DNA of 64,000 nucleotides from Chiloscyllium plagiosum (taxonomy: Eukaryota): assembly GCF_004010195.1 (NCBI RefSeq), contig NC_057714.1:10935028-10999027 (forward strand). Reading direction: 5' to 3'. A model generated the notes under the pieces. That model saw only the letters and a program-made list of their open reading frames with translations, searched no databases and was not told the DNA's origin. Shown here piece by piece: positions 62,021 to 64,000 of the stretch. Position 1 is the stretch's first letter. Each line of letters begins with the position of its first letter. A program made the translations under genes and the position numbers.

Positions 62021-64000
62021 CTACTTGCCAAAGACATTTCATGGGCACTTTTAGCCCTCCTAATTCCTCCTAATTTCTTTCCTGCTTCCTTTATATCTCT
62101 CGAGAGCCTTGATTGTTTTCAGTTTGCTAAACTTGATATATGCTTCTTTTTCTTTTTGACAGAGCTTCCAAGGGTTCCCATAACTTGCCAGCGCTTTTTT
62201 TCCTCCTCACAGGGATGTGCTGGTTCTGAACTCTTATCAACTTGCCTTTAAAGGGCTCCCACGTCAGATGTGGATTTACTCTCAGACAGCTGTCCCCAAT
62301 CTAATTTCTCCAACTTCAGCTTAATACTGTTACAATTAGCTTTCCCCCAGTTTAGCACTTTCATCCAAAGACCAGTCTTATCCTTATCTGTAACTATCTT
62401 AAAACGTATGGAATTATGGTCACTGTTCCCAAAATGCTCTCTCATGACCTGACCAGGCTCATTCCCCAATATAAGGCCTAGTACGGACTATCTGCATATT
62501 GTTTTAAGAAGCTCTCCTGGATACACTTAGCAAATTCTGCCCTATGTAAGCCTTTGTTACAAAGAGAGTCTCATTCCATGTTGGGGAAGTTAAAATCACC
62601 CAATACAACAACCCCATCATTTTTACATTTTTCCACGATCTGCTTACATAACTGTTCCTCTATTTTCCACTGGCTATTGGGAGGCCTATAGTATAGCCCC
62701 ATCATAGAGGTTGCAATTTTCTTATTCTCCTTTACAACACCCAACTACAGGCTTTAAGCTCATCTGTCTTACTTGTTATACGCCTTGCATTAAAATAAAT
62801 GCACTTCAGACATCAGAGCTACCATGTTCATTAACCTGGCCCTCGCCATTATTCCCATCAAACTTGAGTTAACCTTTACTTTCTCCAGAATCACTCTGCA
62901 CACACTCTGACCTGCTGCTCTGGTTCCCAACATCCTGACACAATAGTTTAAACCATGAGTGGCTCTAGCAAATCTCCCTAGTAAATTGGTGCCCCTCCAA
63001 TTTATGTACAATTTATCCTTGTACAAATCCCAATTTTCCTGGAAGAGATCCAAATGAAGCCCTCTCTCCTACACCAGCTCTTTAGACATGCATTCACCTG
63101 TGTTATCTTCCTATTTCTGGCTCACTAGTTCATAGCACAGGGAGTAATCCTGAGATGACAATCCTATTGGTCCTGTTTTTCAGTTTTCTGCCTAACTCTT
63201 TAAATTCCTTTTGCAGAACCTCATTTCTCTTCCTGCCTCTTTTATTAGTACCAATATGGACTCATACTTCTGGCTGCTTATCTCCACCTTTCAGAATATT
63301 CCATGCCTGCTCAGAGATATCCTTGACCCTGGGCATCGGAGAGGCAACACAACATCCTGGAGTCTCACGCACAGCCACAGAAACCTCTATCTATGCCCCT
63401 GACTATGCAAGTTGCCTAACCCGACTGCTTGCCTACACTAAGAAAGCAACTCAAGATCTGTAAGATACATCTTCTGTTGTTGCACGAGTTATGCGTAGAG
63501 TATGCTCTACATGCAGACTGTGCAATTCTTAGGTGTTCATGAGTTCCAAAAGGAAAGTGTTGAAGAACTGAAGTCTGAAAGAACACATGAGGAGAACAGT
63601 GGTTTGCTGATAGAGACTTGCATGGGTGTACAGTCATTTAGGATGGCAGCCATGGAGAATGCAGGACTTTGTTGTGGCCGGAACAAGTATTGGGAACCAC
63701 AGTCTCAAGTACCCACTCTGATTTACATATCAGGAAATTGTCCATGTCATTTCCCAGGGAAGAAAAGGCAAATTGGAAGTGATCTAAAAGTAAATCAAGT
63801 TAGGGCTTCAAGATGCAAGTGCATGGAAATAAGGTAGTCCTCACTCAATGGCGAGATTCAGAAATTGCCCTTTAAGACTTGAGGGAAGGATCCCAAATGT
63901 TTTGCACGAGGAGATCAATTTTTTTTCCTCTGTATTATCCACATTTCTTGCCACTGCTCATGCAGCATTAGAAAAGGGAAAGATTCCACCCTAAGCTGCT

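Larger units (their letters stand above)
60585..63420 (-). mobile_element. Decayed CR1 LINE (ORF1 C-terminus, EN, RT), 3' end missing
   Basis: Minus ORFs WDLYKDKL..NWRGTNLL, FGNSDHNSIRF, PGNFRPMS..GKLLE..SQHGF and KYADTAKIG. Confidence 0.9.

Noticed and set aside
1-64000. Strand bias of LINE insertions as evidence for gene orientation
   Set aside because: CR1 fragments occur on both strands in similar numbers (about 10 plus, 8 minus), which is not informative.

Overview
AT-rich vertebrate genomic DNA, almost certainly from a cartilaginous fish, because it carries the shark/ray-type HE1 SINE and HER1/CR1 LINE pair. Roughly half the window is decayed, often nested transposable elements: many CR1/HER1 LINE fragments, an L2-like LINE, an older LINE family with a SINE-like 5' end, HE1 and other tRNA-derived SINEs, and Tc1/Tigger-type MITEs. 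No complete protein-coding gene is visible. The TE-free islands hold several short minus-strand ATG-to-GT(A/G)AG segments and one well-formed 84-nt exon, which suggests the 5' introns of a large minus-strand gene with alternative first exons (gene not identified). Three signals stand out. (1) About ten short Penelope-like insertions from three sequence families, most with a recognisable minimal hammerhead-ribozyme core (CTGA-N-GA, stem II, GAAA). Several are inverted repeats, and one is a perfect 194-bp palindrome with a hammerhead on both strands and a 14-bp target-site duplication (TSD). (2) A ~5.4-kb fossil Ty1/Copia retrotransposon (gag, Zn knuckle, PR, INT, RT, RNase H) that the ORF track almost entirely misses. 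(3) A fossil PIF/Harbinger (HARBI1-like) transposase. Boundaries of old repeats are approximate, and all family calls come from motif recognition by eye, not database searches.
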